A stretch of DNA of 64,000 nucleotides from Octopus bimaculoides (lineage: Eukaryota), in assembly GCF_001194135.2 (NCBI RefSeq), contig NC_068992.1:44865596-44929595 (forward strand), written 5' to 3'. The notes under the pieces were generated by a model. It saw only the letters and a list, made by a program, of their open reading frames with translations. It was not told the DNA's origin and did no database searches. Both the position numbers and the translations under genes were made by a program. Positions 1-14,681 of this stretch are shown here, piece by piece; position 1 is the stretch's first letter; every line of letters starts with the position of its first letter.

Positions 1-147
1 AGAAAGTATTTAAGAAAGTGTTCAGAACGGGACTACAAAAAGTATTATGAGTTCAGTGAAAATCATATTTGTTTGGTAGTATATATATACACACAAAAGG
101 AGATATCTTTAAGAATTTACAAAAAATTGGTGAGAGATAACTCAAAC

Positions 148-240
148 ACTTGTGCTTCCAAAAATGTTATAACTTGCTCAGGTTGTGGACATAACTATAT
201 AGGACAAACAAGTGGACACTGAGACGGAGAACCACATTTT
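148..240 (+). mobile_element. Penelope-like element GIY-YIG endonuclease remnant
   Basis: Frame from 148 reads TCASKNVITCSGCGHNYIGQTSGH*, then LRRRTT after a frameshift. This matches the PLE pattern TC.S.NVIY.I.C..C...YIGQT...L..R with a short deletion. Confidence 0.7.
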
Positions 241-378
241 TTTTACTTGTTGAATCATTCCTTCATAAACTTCTCCACAGCCAACATGGACTAAAATCTT
301 CTTAAGAAAATGAAAAATTACAATACTTTCAATGTCATGATTAGCGAAAGCGAAACCGGTCGACAAACACATTATAAA

Positions 379-380
<2 letters not shown>

Positions 381-443
<63 letters not shown>
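381..443. repeat. (CA)n microsatellite
   Basis: Perfect AC run; one of many dinucleotide arrays in the window. Confidence 0.95.
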
Positions 444-455
<12 letters not shown>

Positions 456-597
456 AGAACATATATATATAAGAACATATATATTACTATCTATGTGTGA
501 TGAATAAAATGCCAGAGATTACTTAATAATAATCAGCAAGCTGTAAACTAAATGATACAACGCTTATAATCTCTGTTAACACTCGGAGATTAAGCAT

Positions 598-790
598 GCG
601 TGTGAGTTGGCAGAATCCTTAGCACACCGGGGAAAATGATTATTGACCCCCGAACGGGATGAAAGACTTCTCATTTCATCCCTTTCGTTGTCGATAAAAT
701 ATGTATCAGTTGAATATTGACGGTCATTGTAATCGACTTACACTTCACCAGAAATTACTGGCCTTGTGCCAAAATTTGAAACCAATATTC
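598..790 (+). mobile_element. tRNA-derived SINE, family A (GAGCTGGCAGAATCGTTAGCAC head), diverged
   Basis: gtgagttggcagaatccttagcacaccgggg ... gtaatcgactt ... ggccttgtgccaaaatttgaaacc; homologous to copies at 41428-41637 and 54178-54410. Confidence 0.8.
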
Positions 791-3239
791 AGACATAAAT
801 TTCGAGTCACAAATTCGAATACTGTCCGTAATATTTCAGGCCCATAATTTACCTCATGCTAATTAGTTGCAGTGTTTGCTGCATATATAAGCTATAAAAT
901 GTCTGTAAGTGATCCAGGAATAGAGCGCTAAAGGTAAAATTTATTTTGGTGTGATTTGACCAAACATGTTTACGTGTTAGTGTTAAATATTGCAACACGC
1001 GTCACAAATTTATTAAATCAACTCATCTCCTTTACACTTTCCCATCCTTCATTGTATTCTGTGTTTATATTTGATCCCCATCACACACACACACACACAC
1101 AAACCATAAAAACTCGGCAACATATCATTACTAAATTTAACATTACTATAACTTCAGCAGAGTGTAAAGATGGCAATAGATTTTTCACCAGAGAACCATA
1201 GATTCTTCAAGAAATTTTAGCTGATAATATGCACATCGTTTTCATTGTCTCATTATTTCAACATATATGAATTAAGTGAAACAAAATTATAAATCAAAAA
1301 GTGAAAAAAAAAACATGCATATGTCAGCTTTAATTAAACTTCAAAGACAGAAAGTTTGGTTGTAAAAACAATATACTTGTTTCAAATCCAGCTCCCTCAA
1401 ATATCGATCCATTCTTATTTGCATAATCTTCAGATTAATTAACTGATGTTTTATAAAATATTTACTAATTATGCTGTTTGTAGTATAAAACAATCGACTT
1501 ACATTAAATTTTATTACAGTTCATTAACGTTGTTTCTTTCATCGGCGATACAGATTCCAACAGATGGAATGGATATGTTCCATCAAACACAACAATGGTC
1601 ATTAATTCCTTAATCAACAACATCACTATAGTTTATGCTTTAATTTATAATTATAATATTACTAATATAAATATTTTGTTTTATGTCGTGTACCTTGTTG
1701 AATAAAGACTCGGTAAATCTGTTTCTTTGATCATATAAATATAGCTCATTATGCTATCTTTAGTTTTATACATGTTGAATATTCCATTTTCCTTGATTCT
1801 ATTAAAGATAAATTGTTCGGCAGGAACTTTAGGAAAATCAAATTCTATTCCATGGTGATAAGGTTTTTACGAAATTGAATAGCATGTGTAATGTCTACAA
1901 TTTTCTCTGAATTTGTTTAAAATTTTCAAAACTGGATTATAATTATATACCAATGTTTTGAAAAATATTGATTGAAAGTAAAAAGAACATGACTAGTAGG
2001 GATTTGTTTTCCCTATGGAATGCACTTTCTATTTACCTTCTATTGAGGATGGTATGTATAACAAAGACGTTCCGCAAAGTTTTAACCGGAGTTGCATGAA
2101 ATAAAACATTAAATGTAGGATTAAATATAAACCGATATGTATTTACAGGTTATATTTAAGATATGGGCTGTATTACCATCCTGAGCGTAATATTTACTCT
2201 AATTGCAAGAATACTACCCTGAGGCATAGCTAAATAGTTTATGCTTTAAAATTACGTGTACATCACACATTTAGATGAATACTTCTTTACCCGATTTTCA
2301 CTTTGTGCACGTAAGCTTAATTAACTCGTGCTCTCATTTATTTACTGTAATTCCAGTAAAAAGCTTTAGCAAATAAAACTGTTTGGTTGATAATGCAATC
2401 TTGTGACGTATCATAGAATGGTAATTGTCATCATTACATTCCCCTTCTCATGAGATATTCTTTACTGAGAATGTTTAAATGATGATAAATACCAAGCTAA
2501 CTATATATGTCAAGTGGATCCCCGGAGGGCAATTCAGCCAATCTTTTGGTCCAGATTAATAATGGGAAGCCAATGAGAGATAAATCTATGCCCAGATTGG
2601 ACAACAATCGATAACTTGCAGAGTTTCCACCTGCACTTCCTTTGAATGTTGTTAGAACAGAAGTTTTGGCGGCGTAGAAATAAGTATAGTAAGACTATAT
2701 ATATGTCGTATTTGATTTCAGTTGAAGACTCTTGTGTTGATAGTTGTCTAGCAAATTTACTTGCCTTTGCAATGTAGACAGTGTTGAATAATTTCCTATC
2801 AATAAACGGCTGCTACACACGCAGTCGAACGACCTGAATATATTATATCATAACTAGTTAACCCGCTATATTTTCTTACTTTCCAACTTGATACACATTT
2901 GATGTATTAAAAAATATTTCACGGTACGAAATGCTATGACTGCACACAGTAGCGTTATTTTGTATATATTTTAGTCTCCGTGAATTTCACTGCCCCAAAC
3001 GGGTCATGAACGATATCACATCATTGAAAATATTACCCAGAACACTTTTGTACACTACAACGAGGAACTTAACTTACTCCAGCCAAAAATTAAAGAAACC
3101 AGAGAGAAGCACCACCTACATAGATCTTCCAAATAAATAAACTGCGTCAGTAGTGAAATTTTTTTCCCAGAGACAGTGAACATATCAGACGACAGGCAAC
3201 AGATCACTGCAGCTTAGTGATATTGATCTGATTTGTATA

Positions 3240-3335
3240 GTGTTGGTAGTAGTAGTAGTAGTAGAAGCATTAGTATTTTGATATTTTTATTATCATCATT
3301 ATTATTATTATTATTAATATTATTATTATTATTAT

Positions 3336-3382
<47 letters not shown>

Positions 3383-3418
3383 ATAGTAGTAGTAGTAGTA
3401 GTAGTAGTAGTTGTTGTT

Positions 3419-3464
<46 letters not shown>

Positions 3465-3540
3465 AGGTGATGGTGGTCATGGTATTGTTGTTGGTAGTAG
3501 TAGAAGTACTAGTTGAGGTAGTTGTTCTTGCTGTAGTAGA
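3240..3540. repeat. Compound trinucleotide microsatellite (TAG/ATT/GTA/GTT)
   Basis: Runs of agt, att, gta and gtt; explains the poly-T and poly-V ORFs. Confidence 0.95.
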
Positions 3541-4231
3541 TATTACTGTCACATATGATGTTTAATACAGTGCTGTAATGATGGAATATCTTACTTTGAT
3601 TTTTATGCTTTAGCCTACTATTCTGTTTGCTAAGTGCACGTTAACAGAGCCTATTAATATTCATCATATTCCATAGTTACAATATGCTGAGTAGAAAGTT
3701 GTTTGCTCTTGTTGCGCTTGATATTTATTTATTAGCTATGATGTATTGAGAGCTGACAAATCAGAATTTTAAATTCAGTGACTGGTGTAAGAGGAAAACA
3801 CCAAGAAGCCAACATGTCAACAAAGATTGCTAACATAGCTTTTCTACTTCTATACGCCCGGTATTGTTTATCGGTTGTTGTTGTTTAGCAGGTTGTCAAA
3901 TCCGCTCGAGCAATTCTTTGATCACAAGCTTTCTAGCCGTGACTATCCTGTATTATGTTATGTGTAGACAACTCAAATAATTTACGACGGAATTACAAGA
4001 TTACTCTTTCTATCTGATCGTGAGTCTACGTAGGTGGTCTCTCATTAGTTTCGTACTTGTTCGTCAATGCACGTGATATTGTGTCAATGTGTATGAGAAA
4101 CGCAGCATATGTAGCCTAATGAGTGAGCATGCGTGTGCGAGTTTCTCTGAGATGTGTGTAATTCTGTGACTTTGCCTGTTGGCATGATTGTAAGTTTGTG
4201 TGTCTTTGTGAATTTGCGTGTGTGCATATAT

Positions 4232-4296
<65 letters not shown>

Positions 4297-5167
4297 NNNN
4301 NNNNNNNNNNNNNNNNNNNNNNNNNNNNNNNNNNNNNNNNNNNNNNNNNNNNNNNNNNNNNNNNNNNNNNNNNNNNNNNNNNNNNNNNNNNNNNNNNNNN
4401 NNNNNNNNNNNNNNNNNNNNNNNNNNNNNNNNNNNNNNNNNNNNNNNNNNNNNNNNNNNNNNNNNNNNNNNNNNNNNNNNNNNNNTATATATATATGTAT
4501 ATATGTGTGTGTGTGTGTGTGTATGTATGTATATATATGTATGTATGTATGCATCGTGAGTGTTTGTAGTGTAATGTTCATAACACAAGATCTTGAATTA
4601 AGATTAAAATTATTTTGCTGCAAGAATTAACCCAATTGTATACAATACGCACGCATATGTGAAATTTGGCCTTTGTGGCTAATTCTTTCATTCATTTGGG
4701 AGACCTTTTTCTCTTTATCATGATGTTTTTGGAGGATTTCGTTCTGTTTGTACCTGGGGCCCATTTTCAGTAGTTGTAAGTTTTTAAATATGACATTTTA
4801 GATCGCGTTCTCTTTAGGAATTTAGTTGGGAATATATATTAGGAGCTTCAATTACTATTCTTATATTCATTTTGTTTGTCTTAGTTTCTGGATATTGAAC
4901 TTGTTGGCTCATTGAATTGCATTATTGATTAAGAATCGTGTAAGTGAGAGTATGTTTCAGCTCTCAAAACCTATGTCAAGAACGCTTAGATCGGATACTA
5001 TTGTGCAAATCGTTTTGGTTAGGTTATTAAAGACATTTATTCCGGTGTGTCTCACAGCGCGTGAATAGAAGGGAAGACATATCTTGATGTCTCAAGGTTT
5101 ATATATAACAAGCGTCCGTCTATATTTGGTTTTGAATTTCATTTTTAGGGAATCTACAAATTCATTA

Positions 5168-5303
5168 GAGGTCGACTTTGCCTTTTATCACTTTGAGGTC
5201 TATAAAATAAGAATCAGCTAGACACGAATTTCGATGTGATTCAACTTAGCTCTTTCCTTCCCTGAAATTGCTGGCCTTGTGCCAAAATTTGAGAGCATTA
5301 TTA
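5168..5303 (+). mobile_element. SINE family A, 3' part
   Basis: gaggtcgactttgcctttt ... gctggccttgtgccaaaatttgagagcatta, shared with other copies. Confidence 0.75.
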
Positions 5304-5640
5304 GGATATCTAAAAATGGGAGTTGTTTAGAGCTATATTCTATCGTGAGTAGAGAATTTTTTTTATTAATTCCCTTTTGAAATTAAATATATGACAAACG
5401 AAGCGGTCATTATGCAATGAATTCCATTAGCTTACACCGATTTCAGTGATATGATACAGTGCATTGAGAACTGAGGATTGTGTTGTGCATCAGCATATAG
5501 CTTCTTCAGATCTTCTGGAGTTTGTAATTCCTTTAATTTCGTTATGCTTTTCTACCATAGTATGAGACAATCATCGACATACATTTTCTCGTTATTTATA
5601 TGCAATTGAAGAAAGATTTTCCGTGTTTTCTTGGTGATTT

Positions 5641-5985
5641 TTGGTATGTGTGTGTGTATGTGTGTGTGTATGTGTGTGTGTATGTGTGTGTGTATGTGTG
5701 TGTGTATGTGTGTGTGTATGTGTGTGTGTGTTTGTGTGTCTATATATGTGTGTGTGTGTGTGTGTGAATGTCGGCGTTTATCCCCCAACAGCGCTTGACA
5801 ACCGATGTTGATGTGTTTACGTCCGCGTAATTAGCGGTTCGGCAAAAGAGACGGTAGAATAAGTATTAGGCTTACAAAGAATAATTCTTGGGGTCGAATA
5901 TAAATTCGAGTAAGGGCGGTACTCCAGCATGACCACAGTCAAATGAGTGAAACAAGTAAAAGAATAAAAAGAATAAAAGAATTGT
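5641..5985 (+). mobile_element. SINE family B body preceded by a TG-rich microsatellite
   Basis: cgcttgacaaccgatg ... tagcggttcggcaaaagagacggtagaataagta ... ccagcatgaccacagtcaaatga ... (aaagaata)n tail; same block at 21424-21620 and 36860-37010. Confidence 0.8.
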
Positions 5986-7198
5986 TTAAAGATTTATATT
6001 CACCTTTTATATTACAGTTTAAATTATGTTCCAACTACAAGTTTAATTCAAAATTAAGTTTGCATTTTTTTAAAAGGTGACCCTGTATTTGATTACAACA
6101 TTTTCTTTTGAGTTCTTTGTGGTTTTATTGATATAAAATTATCGCAGCCTCTAGATACACCTTGATAATAATAATTCTATTGAAGAAATAAATGAGAATA
6201 TTTTCATTTATTTGTAGTTGGAAAATATTATGAATATTAATATTATAAATAATATTTAAATGATGGAATTCATTTAAATTTTTATTTTGTTTGTTGTCAA
6301 CTATGAGATTACCAAGTATAATCACATTTCAATAGTCTTCAGATAGAATTCAAACTTATCTCTAAATTACTTACAAAAGTATAAACAACGTGAATGATTT
6401 TTTTCACTGTGAAATAACGTGAGAAATACATTGAAATATTACTTCCTCTTTGTACCTTCTTTCAAAATACCTCCATTTTCGAATGTTCTACGAGATAGAT
6501 TAATATCATATAATATACAGTTCAGTGGGTTGTAATTTGTGGTGAATATATATATATATATATATATCCCTTATAAGAATAAATAATTACATGTTCTTTC
6601 CTCTAAATATAATTTAATTTTCTAAAAGGATCGTAAATACTTGAAAAACAAGATTGTGTACATTACGCATAAGTCAATGTTGATATAATCTGTCTTTAAC
6701 AAGGCCAAAAACCCAAAACACAAAGGAAACATCAAAAGAAAATATTCTATATTTTTCAAGAAATATTTCATTGTAGTCCAAATAAGCATACGCTTATTTA
6801 CAACTGAGTGGTCCAGCACGAATTCAGATTTATTTTAATGACATGATCATGTAAATGTTAGCCTTGTATTTGTTGAAAACAAGGAGTCCTTTCATGGACA
6901 GTGGTGTCGTAGACGAAGTTGGGTTGAAGGATAGAAACAGATGTTAAGGTTTATCAGAGGAGTGATAAAAATATGTGAAACACTATATTGTGACCGACAT
7001 ACAAAATTAGTGCCTATCATATATGAGTCATATTCTATATTTTCACATTGCTATGATTTCGTGACATTAGCAACCATCCTGCGGTTACGTAAATTAATCA
7101 TCTACACTGCTTAAACTTACATCTGAAGATAAATAAGTATACATACATCCACATGAATACATATACATACATAAACACACCGATACACATATTATGGC

Positions 7199-7387
7199 AT
7201 GCTTCCGTTATACCTGATCCCCGCTCAGACTAAGAACTACAACAAAGTGAAAGACAGGGAAAACAATTCCGCGCTCGAACACTATCTCATGGAACATATT
7301 TCAACAAAGTTCATCGAAACAAATGGAAATTGTTTGCTATCTAAACTCGTCACTGATAGAAACTATATTTTCTTTAAACGTTTGTAA
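7199..7387 (+). mobile_element. Possible decayed PLE endonuclease C-terminal fragment
   Basis: ORF contains PLYLIP and NSALEHYLMEH, loosely resembling the SAI.EHL motif after PLE GIY-YIG domains; weak. Confidence 0.25.
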
Positions 7388-8283
7388 AGATTCCTCGATT
7401 CAATGATTTCCATTTAAATATTTCGGTCAAATTTCTTATTATGAAATGTTTTCTGTGTTATGATGTTTAAATTTGATTCTATTTTTTTACGGCTTCCAAT
7501 AATATACTGGAAAATTGTGTCCGCTCTTTCTACATGTAAACATAAATATCAAATTACAACCAAAAGAAAGCAACTAACTACATCAGATATCTTTTTACGA
7601 TTCATTAAAGAATAACGTTCGTATTTCTTTCCGAAAGGATATCGGTAAAGTATTTGTGAAAATTATTTACACAATTCCATATTATTTCCATGTGAATTAC
7701 CCGAAAATATGGAAGTTTTACGCATCGAAATTAGATTTTACTTTCATATATTGTTGGCACCTTTCATATTTAAATGAAATATGTACGCGTGCATTTAAAT
7801 GTTATGTATGTAAATAGGTGTACGTTATGTATTTATGTATATATTTATATATATTCATTATATATATATCACAAATATATGACACACACACGCACGCACG
7901 CACACACAAACACATATATATATAGATACATATATATTCAGAAGAATAAATAGGTGCGTTTATGAAATTCTGAAACATATTGGAGAAGATAATAGTTGTT
8001 TGTAAAGAATTGATTTCAAGGAAAATTTTGAAATATTTTAAAATATAATTTAATCACATAATGATATTGTCAATGAATGATAGATTTAATACTACATTTT
8101 ATAGAAAAATTATTATTCATGTTTATAACTTATTTTATCTCAAACGCAAACACACGTACAACACATGTCTCTTTGTGAGTGCATATTTCTATGTATATAT
8201 AGGTGTTTGTGTGTGTGTATAAATGTGTATATATATGTATGCGTGTATGTATGTATGTGACTATATATGTATACACATTTATT

Positions 8284-8351
<68 letters not shown>

Positions 8352-8518
8352 AACGTATATATATATATATATATATATATATATNNNNNNNNNNNNNNNN
8401 NNNNNNNNNNNNNNNNNNNNNNNNNNNNNNNNNNNNNNNNNNNNNNNNNNNNNNNNNNNNNNNNNNNNNNNNNNNNNNNNNNNNNNNNNNNNNNNNNNNN
8501 NNNNNNNNNNNNNNNNNN

Positions 8519-8574
<56 letters not shown>

Positions 8575-9159
8575 GTTCATGTGTCTGTAAATAAAATTGT
8601 AATTTTAATGTGTTTGAATTTCTCATTCATTATAATGCTTTCGTATAATTATAAATTTATTTACCACACTTATAAAATCATTTAAGTGAAAGAATGTAGT
8701 GGAAGGTTAAAACCTATTTGTATTTTCATATTAGATTAAGAAGTTAAATATAACACGTAGAATAATAGCTGAACATGAAGGCACTGTACGGCAAAAACTG
8801 AAACAATAGTAATGCTGTTTAATATCAGTCTCCTTGTCGAAAACTTCATACACCAAGAATTCCAAACATCATCTTCCATTGGGTCAAGGGAAATCTTTAA
8901 TGAACACCCTTCGTATGTATGTGCGCGCACGCTCGTGTGTGTGTGTTTTAAATAGTTCATTCAGATACGTTTGCGCATATTCTTGAGATGGATGGAGAAC
9001 ATTACAAATACACAAAAATACCCCTAATTAATTATGTTTCCTCACAAAAGCGCAATGCCTCTGGAAAAGGGATATAACCGAATATATTGGTTTCTTATTT
9101 TGGCCCTTTGCTAACCATTTCGGGAGTGAGGTTCTCTATTATATGGAATCCAGTACTTA

Positions 9160-9292
9160 CTTATTTTATCATACCCGAAAGGATGAAACGCGAAGTCGAC
9201 CTCGGTGGAATTTGAACTCAGAACGTGCAGATGGACGAAATGCTGCTAAGCAGTTTGACGGGTGGCCTAACGATTCTGCCACCTCGCCGCCT
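9160..9292 (-). mobile_element. SINE family A, 5' half
   Basis: Plus strand reads gaagtcgacctcggtggaatttgaactcagaacg ... ctaacgattctgccacctcgccgcc, the reverse complement of the family A head. Confidence 0.8.
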
Positions 9293-10651
9293 TCATATAA
9301 CCAAATTGATCGACCTCACTATTAGATTGGTATTTCAATTTATCGTGATCAAAAGTAAGAAAAAATTTACTTCGGCATGATTTGAACCCAGAACGTAAAT
9401 ATCCGTAACTAAACACTGCACCATATTTTTTCAGACCATCTATAAACACTGCCAAACTATGCAGCTTTTAATTTATCAGGAAATTCCTAAATTCTGAGAA
9501 TACTTGGCTGCCGTAATCCTAGTTGCTGTCATCCAATTTAGAAGAAAGCGAGTGAGAGAGAGAAAGAGAGACAGAGGTAGACAGATAGAAGCAGAGAGAG
9601 GAGGGGATAGAGTGACAGAAAGAGAAAAAGACAGACTGTCATGATTTTCATCGATGTCTTTTTTTAAGCGAGAACTATTGATCCACAAACGTTCTAGACC
9701 TCAAAGGAAAGGGGAAGAATTTTAAATTATTGGGAAATTTTGTGTACTTAAATCATGCATTGGCTCTTAAAATCAATTTACATTATTTCATTTCATTTTG
9801 TGTAAAATTTTAAAATGCCGTGTCTCATGTAAATAAAATCATCCCCATTAGCCCCTTGATAATGAAGCATGATTACCGAAATGTGCTTTCTGGAATTATT
9901 GCATCTATCTAAGTGTCTTAAGAGATGCAACAGAAATCCTCACGACAAGCATATCCAAAGCCTTCTCTTATGTAAATACAAAAATAATTATTGCTTCCGA
10001 TTACCCCAATTTCCAAAAGAAATATTCAAAAGAGAGTAAATTTACCCTCTTTATATTTCTATTAATTCCACTGCAATTCTTTGTCAAAATTCACTATTCG
10101 TCAACTAGATCTACAACAGCAATAGACACCAACGTAAACTATTTCTAACCGTACTCTAAAGACATAAACTTGAATGTCAGCAATGCTTAGAAATAGCAGG
10201 ACTTAATATCATTCCTACCTTGTATAAAGAGATGTTTATATACATATACAACTAGTATCCATATTTAATAATTGTACAAGAAAATGCTACTTTCCAAACA
10301 ACATCATATACAACAATGGCCTCTTTGTTCTGGCTGATTTACGGAAAGTATACTATAAAACCTAAGTTTGATAATGATGTATCGTATAAGGTGGTTGTAA
10401 CGAAAGACATAATGACCTGTGTGTCTAAGGCCATAATTAATATAATAGTTGTCATAACTTCTTTTTTTCTGACACTTTTCCGCAATGCATTATCAGTAAC
10501 AATATTGTATTATATGTTGCGTTTCAATATATCTTCAATGATATATATAATGTTTCATAATGATATATATTCATTTAGATGATAAATGTATGTTTGTTAA
10601 AAATGTCCTGTTCCCCTTCCCTTATAAATCTCCGCATCATTTGAAGAAAAG

Positions 10652-10832
10652 ATGTCTTCTAAAAGATGTGCAACAAGCCCGGACGACTTTTGTTACATTT
10701 ATAGTGCATTTATGTCTAAGAAACATCAGAGGACATTACCAAATTTGTGAAAAATTCTTACTGTACCAATTTGGTGTGAAATAACGAAACCAAGATAAGA
10801 AGTGGGATCCTCATAAGATCTTTTCAATTTGT
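10652..10832 (+). mobile_element. Sola-like DNA transposon transposase N-terminus, frameshifted
   Basis: Joining three frames gives MSSKRCATSPDDFCYIYSAFMSKKHQR / DITKFVKNSY / YQFGVK*RNQDKKWDPHKIFSIC. This matches the C..SPD.FCYICG ... YFG.KLGDQDK.WAPH..C..C motif; the Sola assignment is from recall. Confidence 0.7.
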
Positions 10833-11609
10833 CTTCTTATTACCGCCAAACTTTTTCTTCCTCAATTTGAACCTATACCCCAAGCTAATTTGATACTCTT
10901 AATCAGTGACGCTTTATATAGACCATTGTATAAACAAGATACATCTGATTTGCATTTATGAAAAACTTTGCAATAGAAGCAATAACATTCATATGTTGTA
11001 TATTCTATATGACAATATTAGTATTGTAGACTATCGCGACTATAAAATTCTGTACTGTGTCCAAATTGTGGTTTCGGTAACTTTAAAGAAGGAGGTATTT
11101 CAAAGCTAACAGTGGTTACATAAAGAGAAATGAACATAGATAAACCTATGATGAGTATTTCTTGTTGAAATTGATACAATAAGTTATTAATGAGATAACT
11201 GTATAAAATCTATTAGATTTAAGTCAAATTTGATTCATATTAAGAACAGATAAAATAGTGAGTTGCGAGTTCTTCACAGAATAACTGCAGGTGTAAATTA
11301 TTTTAGAAATTAAAATCACTAAGATTTTCAAGATAAGCGAAAACATTTCTAGATAAACGCTTAATGAAATTATCAAAATAGTGAGAAAATTGTAGAAATG
11401 TATTCTGTGTTATGCTGGTGTAGTCATCTAGTTTCTAAGTTCAAGTGTGATTTTAGTTATTTTGGTATATATGTAGTGAACAGTGAAGTTAGTCATAATT
11501 TGCAGGTTATTTGACTGACAAAACTGATGAAAATGTTTGAGAGGAGACTCATAATTAGAAATTCGTTACCGAGTAATGACGACTAAAACTAATGATTATT
11601 TATAATTCT

Positions 11610-11778
11610 TTCTACTATAGGTAAAACGCTTAGAATTTTGGGGTTAGGGACCAGTCGAATGCATCAGCCGCAGGGTTTGGAAGGTACGCATTTCATCAAT
11701 ATCTCAGCGGTAAAGCCAGAAAAAATTCTGCTAAGCATTTTGTCCGGAGATGTAATGATTCTACCAGCTGGCCACCTG
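11610..11778 (-). mobile_element. SINE family A, diverged
   Basis: gctaagcattttgtccggagatgtaatgattctaccagctggccacc is the reverse complement of the family A head. Confidence 0.65.
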
Positions 11779-12089
11779 TAATGACTATTAGTAATTAGAA
11801 CCAGCACACCAAATGTAACGATTATTAATAACGATTAATTATTATATTTAGTATTCATAATGATTCTTAGGATTCTCATGAAATGTTCTTTGCAAGTAGT
11901 TCATATCCATATGGGATTACACATATGCCAGAAGTGTTTATTCAAACCATAAAAATTCTGGATCGCAATGGAAAATGATGCAAGAAATAATTTAATTCTA
12001 CACTGATCATGTGTCACGAAAAATTCCCTCTTATTCCAATGTTAAATTCAGCTTTGGTCAATAGTTCTTATATTTCGCTAGCTAAAACG

Positions 12090-12228
12090 TGTAGCATATT
12101 GATAAAAGTGTAGCACTCATGATCATCCGATCGAAGTTTCTATTCACAGATATCGGTGAGTTGTGTTCTTGGGCAAGGCACTTCATTTCACGTTCCTCCA
12201 GTCCAGTAAGCTGTGGTATAGGCAACTT
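12090..12228 (+). mobile_element. tRNA-derived SINE head (third type), diverged
   Basis: gtgtagcactcatgatc ... gttgtgttcttgggcaaggcacttcatttcacgttcctccagtcca. Confidence 0.6.
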
Positions 12229-14519
12229 TCTAACAATAGCTGAGAAGTTACCCATAGAACAAATATGGGTAAGAGCAACATAGTAGAGCAACTCAATGAC
12301 TATTTTTAAACAGTGGGGGGTGAAAGTTCTTCCATAAACAATAACTGAATATATAAAGCGAACTCTCAATATATATATATATATATAAATATATATNNNN
12401 NNNNNNNNNNNNNNNNNNNNNNNNNNNNNNNNNNNNNNNNNNNNNNNNNNNNNNNNNNNNNNNNNNNNNNNNNNNNNNNNNNNNNNNNNNNNNNNNNNNN
12501 NNNNNNNNNNNNNNNNNNNNNNNNNNNNNNNNNNNNNNNNNNNNNNNNNNNNNNNNNNNNNNNNNNNNNNNNNNNNNNNNNNNNNNNNNNNNNNNNNNNN
12601 NNNNNNNNNNNNNNNNNNNNNNNNNNNNNNNNNNNNNNNNNNNNNNNNNNNNNNNNNNNNNNNNNNNNNNNNNNNNNNNNNNNNNNNNNNNNNNNNNNNN
12701 NNNNNNNNNNNNNNNNNNNNNNNNNNNNNNNNNNNNNNNNNNNNNNNNNNNNNNNNNNNNNNNNNNNNNNNNNNNNNNNNNNNNNNNNNNNNNNNNNNNN
12801 NNNNNNNNNNNNNNNNNNNNNNNNNNNNNNNNNNNNNNNNNNNNNNNNNNNNNNNNNNNNNNNNNNNNNNNNNNNNNNNNNNNNNNNNNNNNNNNNNNNN
12901 NNNNNNNNNNNNNNNNNNNNNNNNNNNNNNNNNNNNNNNNNNNNNNNNNNNNNNNNNNNNNNNNNNNNNNNNNNNNNNNNNNNNNNNNNNNNNNNNNNNN
13001 NNNNNNNNNNNNNNNNNNNNNNNNNNNNNNNNNNNNNNNNNNNNNNNNNNNNNNNNNNNNNNNNNNNNNNNNNNNNNNNNNNNNNNNNNNNNNNNNNNNN
13101 NNNNNNNNNNNNNNNNNNNNNNNNNNNNNNNNNNNNNNNNNNNNNNNNNNNNNNNNNNNNNNNNNNNNNNNNNNNNNNNNNNNNNNNNNNNNNNNNNNNN
13201 NNNNNNNNNNNNNNNNNNNNNNNNNNNNNNNNNNNNNNNNNNNNNNNNNNNNNNNNNNNNNNNNNNNNNNNNNNNNNNNNNNNNNNNNNNNNNNNNNNNN
13301 NNNNNNNNTATATATATATATATATATGTGTGTGTGTATGTGTACGTGTGTGTATCTATGTAGGTATGCATATGTGTATATCAATACAAGTTTACCAAAG
13401 TTTTCCAGTTCTACAATCAATCAGGTCCTATACATTTACGTGTATAGACACTACATGAAGTGTATGTATGTTGAAATCTAACAAACAAATGAATGAATAA
13501 ATAAATAAAACCTTCTGCTTCCGTTAAATTGTGAATGGTTTTAAGAGCAGATACTAATCATTCCTCTCTTGTATCATATGTCAACTTCTAAGATGATATA
13601 AAATACCTATATTTCGTGAAAATATAGATTTGTATTGAGATAATGTAATAATGCACCCTTTTTATTCCAAAGTGTGTGATTCCGTGGCTCACTTGTCGTT
13701 GGCTGTGGTAACAGAAGTGTTGAATAAAGAAGGAAGAATGTGAAAATTGCACAAACATTAATTCAGTACAAATATTGTAAAATGTATTAACCACTACTAA
13801 AAACACGACTTAGTTCCCAAGCTAGTCATCTAAAATGAAAATGTACTGGTAAAATACTGCACGAATATTTAATAAATCAATTCAGGTAGAGAGGAATATT
13901 CACTTTAGTTCAGAATGCATAACAAAATTGTATCTATGCATATACGTACTTAGATGCTTTTATTTGTATATATGTGTATACATCTGTATACATACACGTG
14001 AAGGATTTGTTTATATCTTACGAAAAGGGATTTGACAACGTAGGCATAGTTTTGCATGAAAGTAATGTATAAGTACCTACAGGAAACAGTCTTTTGATGA
14101 GAACAATAATGCACTCTTTTTGTGTTTTGCTTAGCGTGCACACAATGATATGTATACTAAATAATGAGCCAGTTATTGTCTGGAATCAGTAATAAAGCTC
14201 CTTCGCAACATCGTGATACAAACAATTTCATTAAAAGATATTTCTTCATTTGTATCATGTGAAGTACCGTTGAAATTCAAATAATATGCATTGACTCACA
14301 TGCACTCCATAATAAGATTATTGTGAACATACACACACATACACAAACACACTAACATGTTGTTATTATATAAATTAAATAGATAATATACAATCTTCTA
14401 TAATTTTATGTCCACACATTCAACTAGATTTAAAGTTACGTGTCAATATTTTCAGATACGAATTCAAGATGTAGACCACACGTTGTTCAAAAATTGGAAT
14501 TTGTCTTTTCATGAGTTAG

Positions 14520-14569
14520 AAAAATTAATGTTATTGATTTAATGAATCCTGATCCAGAACTGTATAGAG
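14520..14569 (+). CDS. Candidate upstream exon of the host gene (phase 2 to 1)
   Basis: ttgtcttttcatgagttAG | KINVIDLMNPDPELYR | GTaatt. Frame is open, but linking to the later exons needs a weakly supported exon near 18183-18210. Confidence 0.25.
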
Positions 14570-14681
14570 GTAATTTAGTCCAATAAACTGTAAAGAGGTA
14601 GTTTAGTGAGAGGTTAAATTGTATTAGTGCCTGACTGACGAGTGAAACATCAAGGCATATTGAATAAATATTCTGGTAGAT

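Noticed and set aside
14456-14569. Apparent 114-nt exon from the acceptor at 14455
   Set aside because: All three frames contain stops; only the shorter 14520-14569 version is open.
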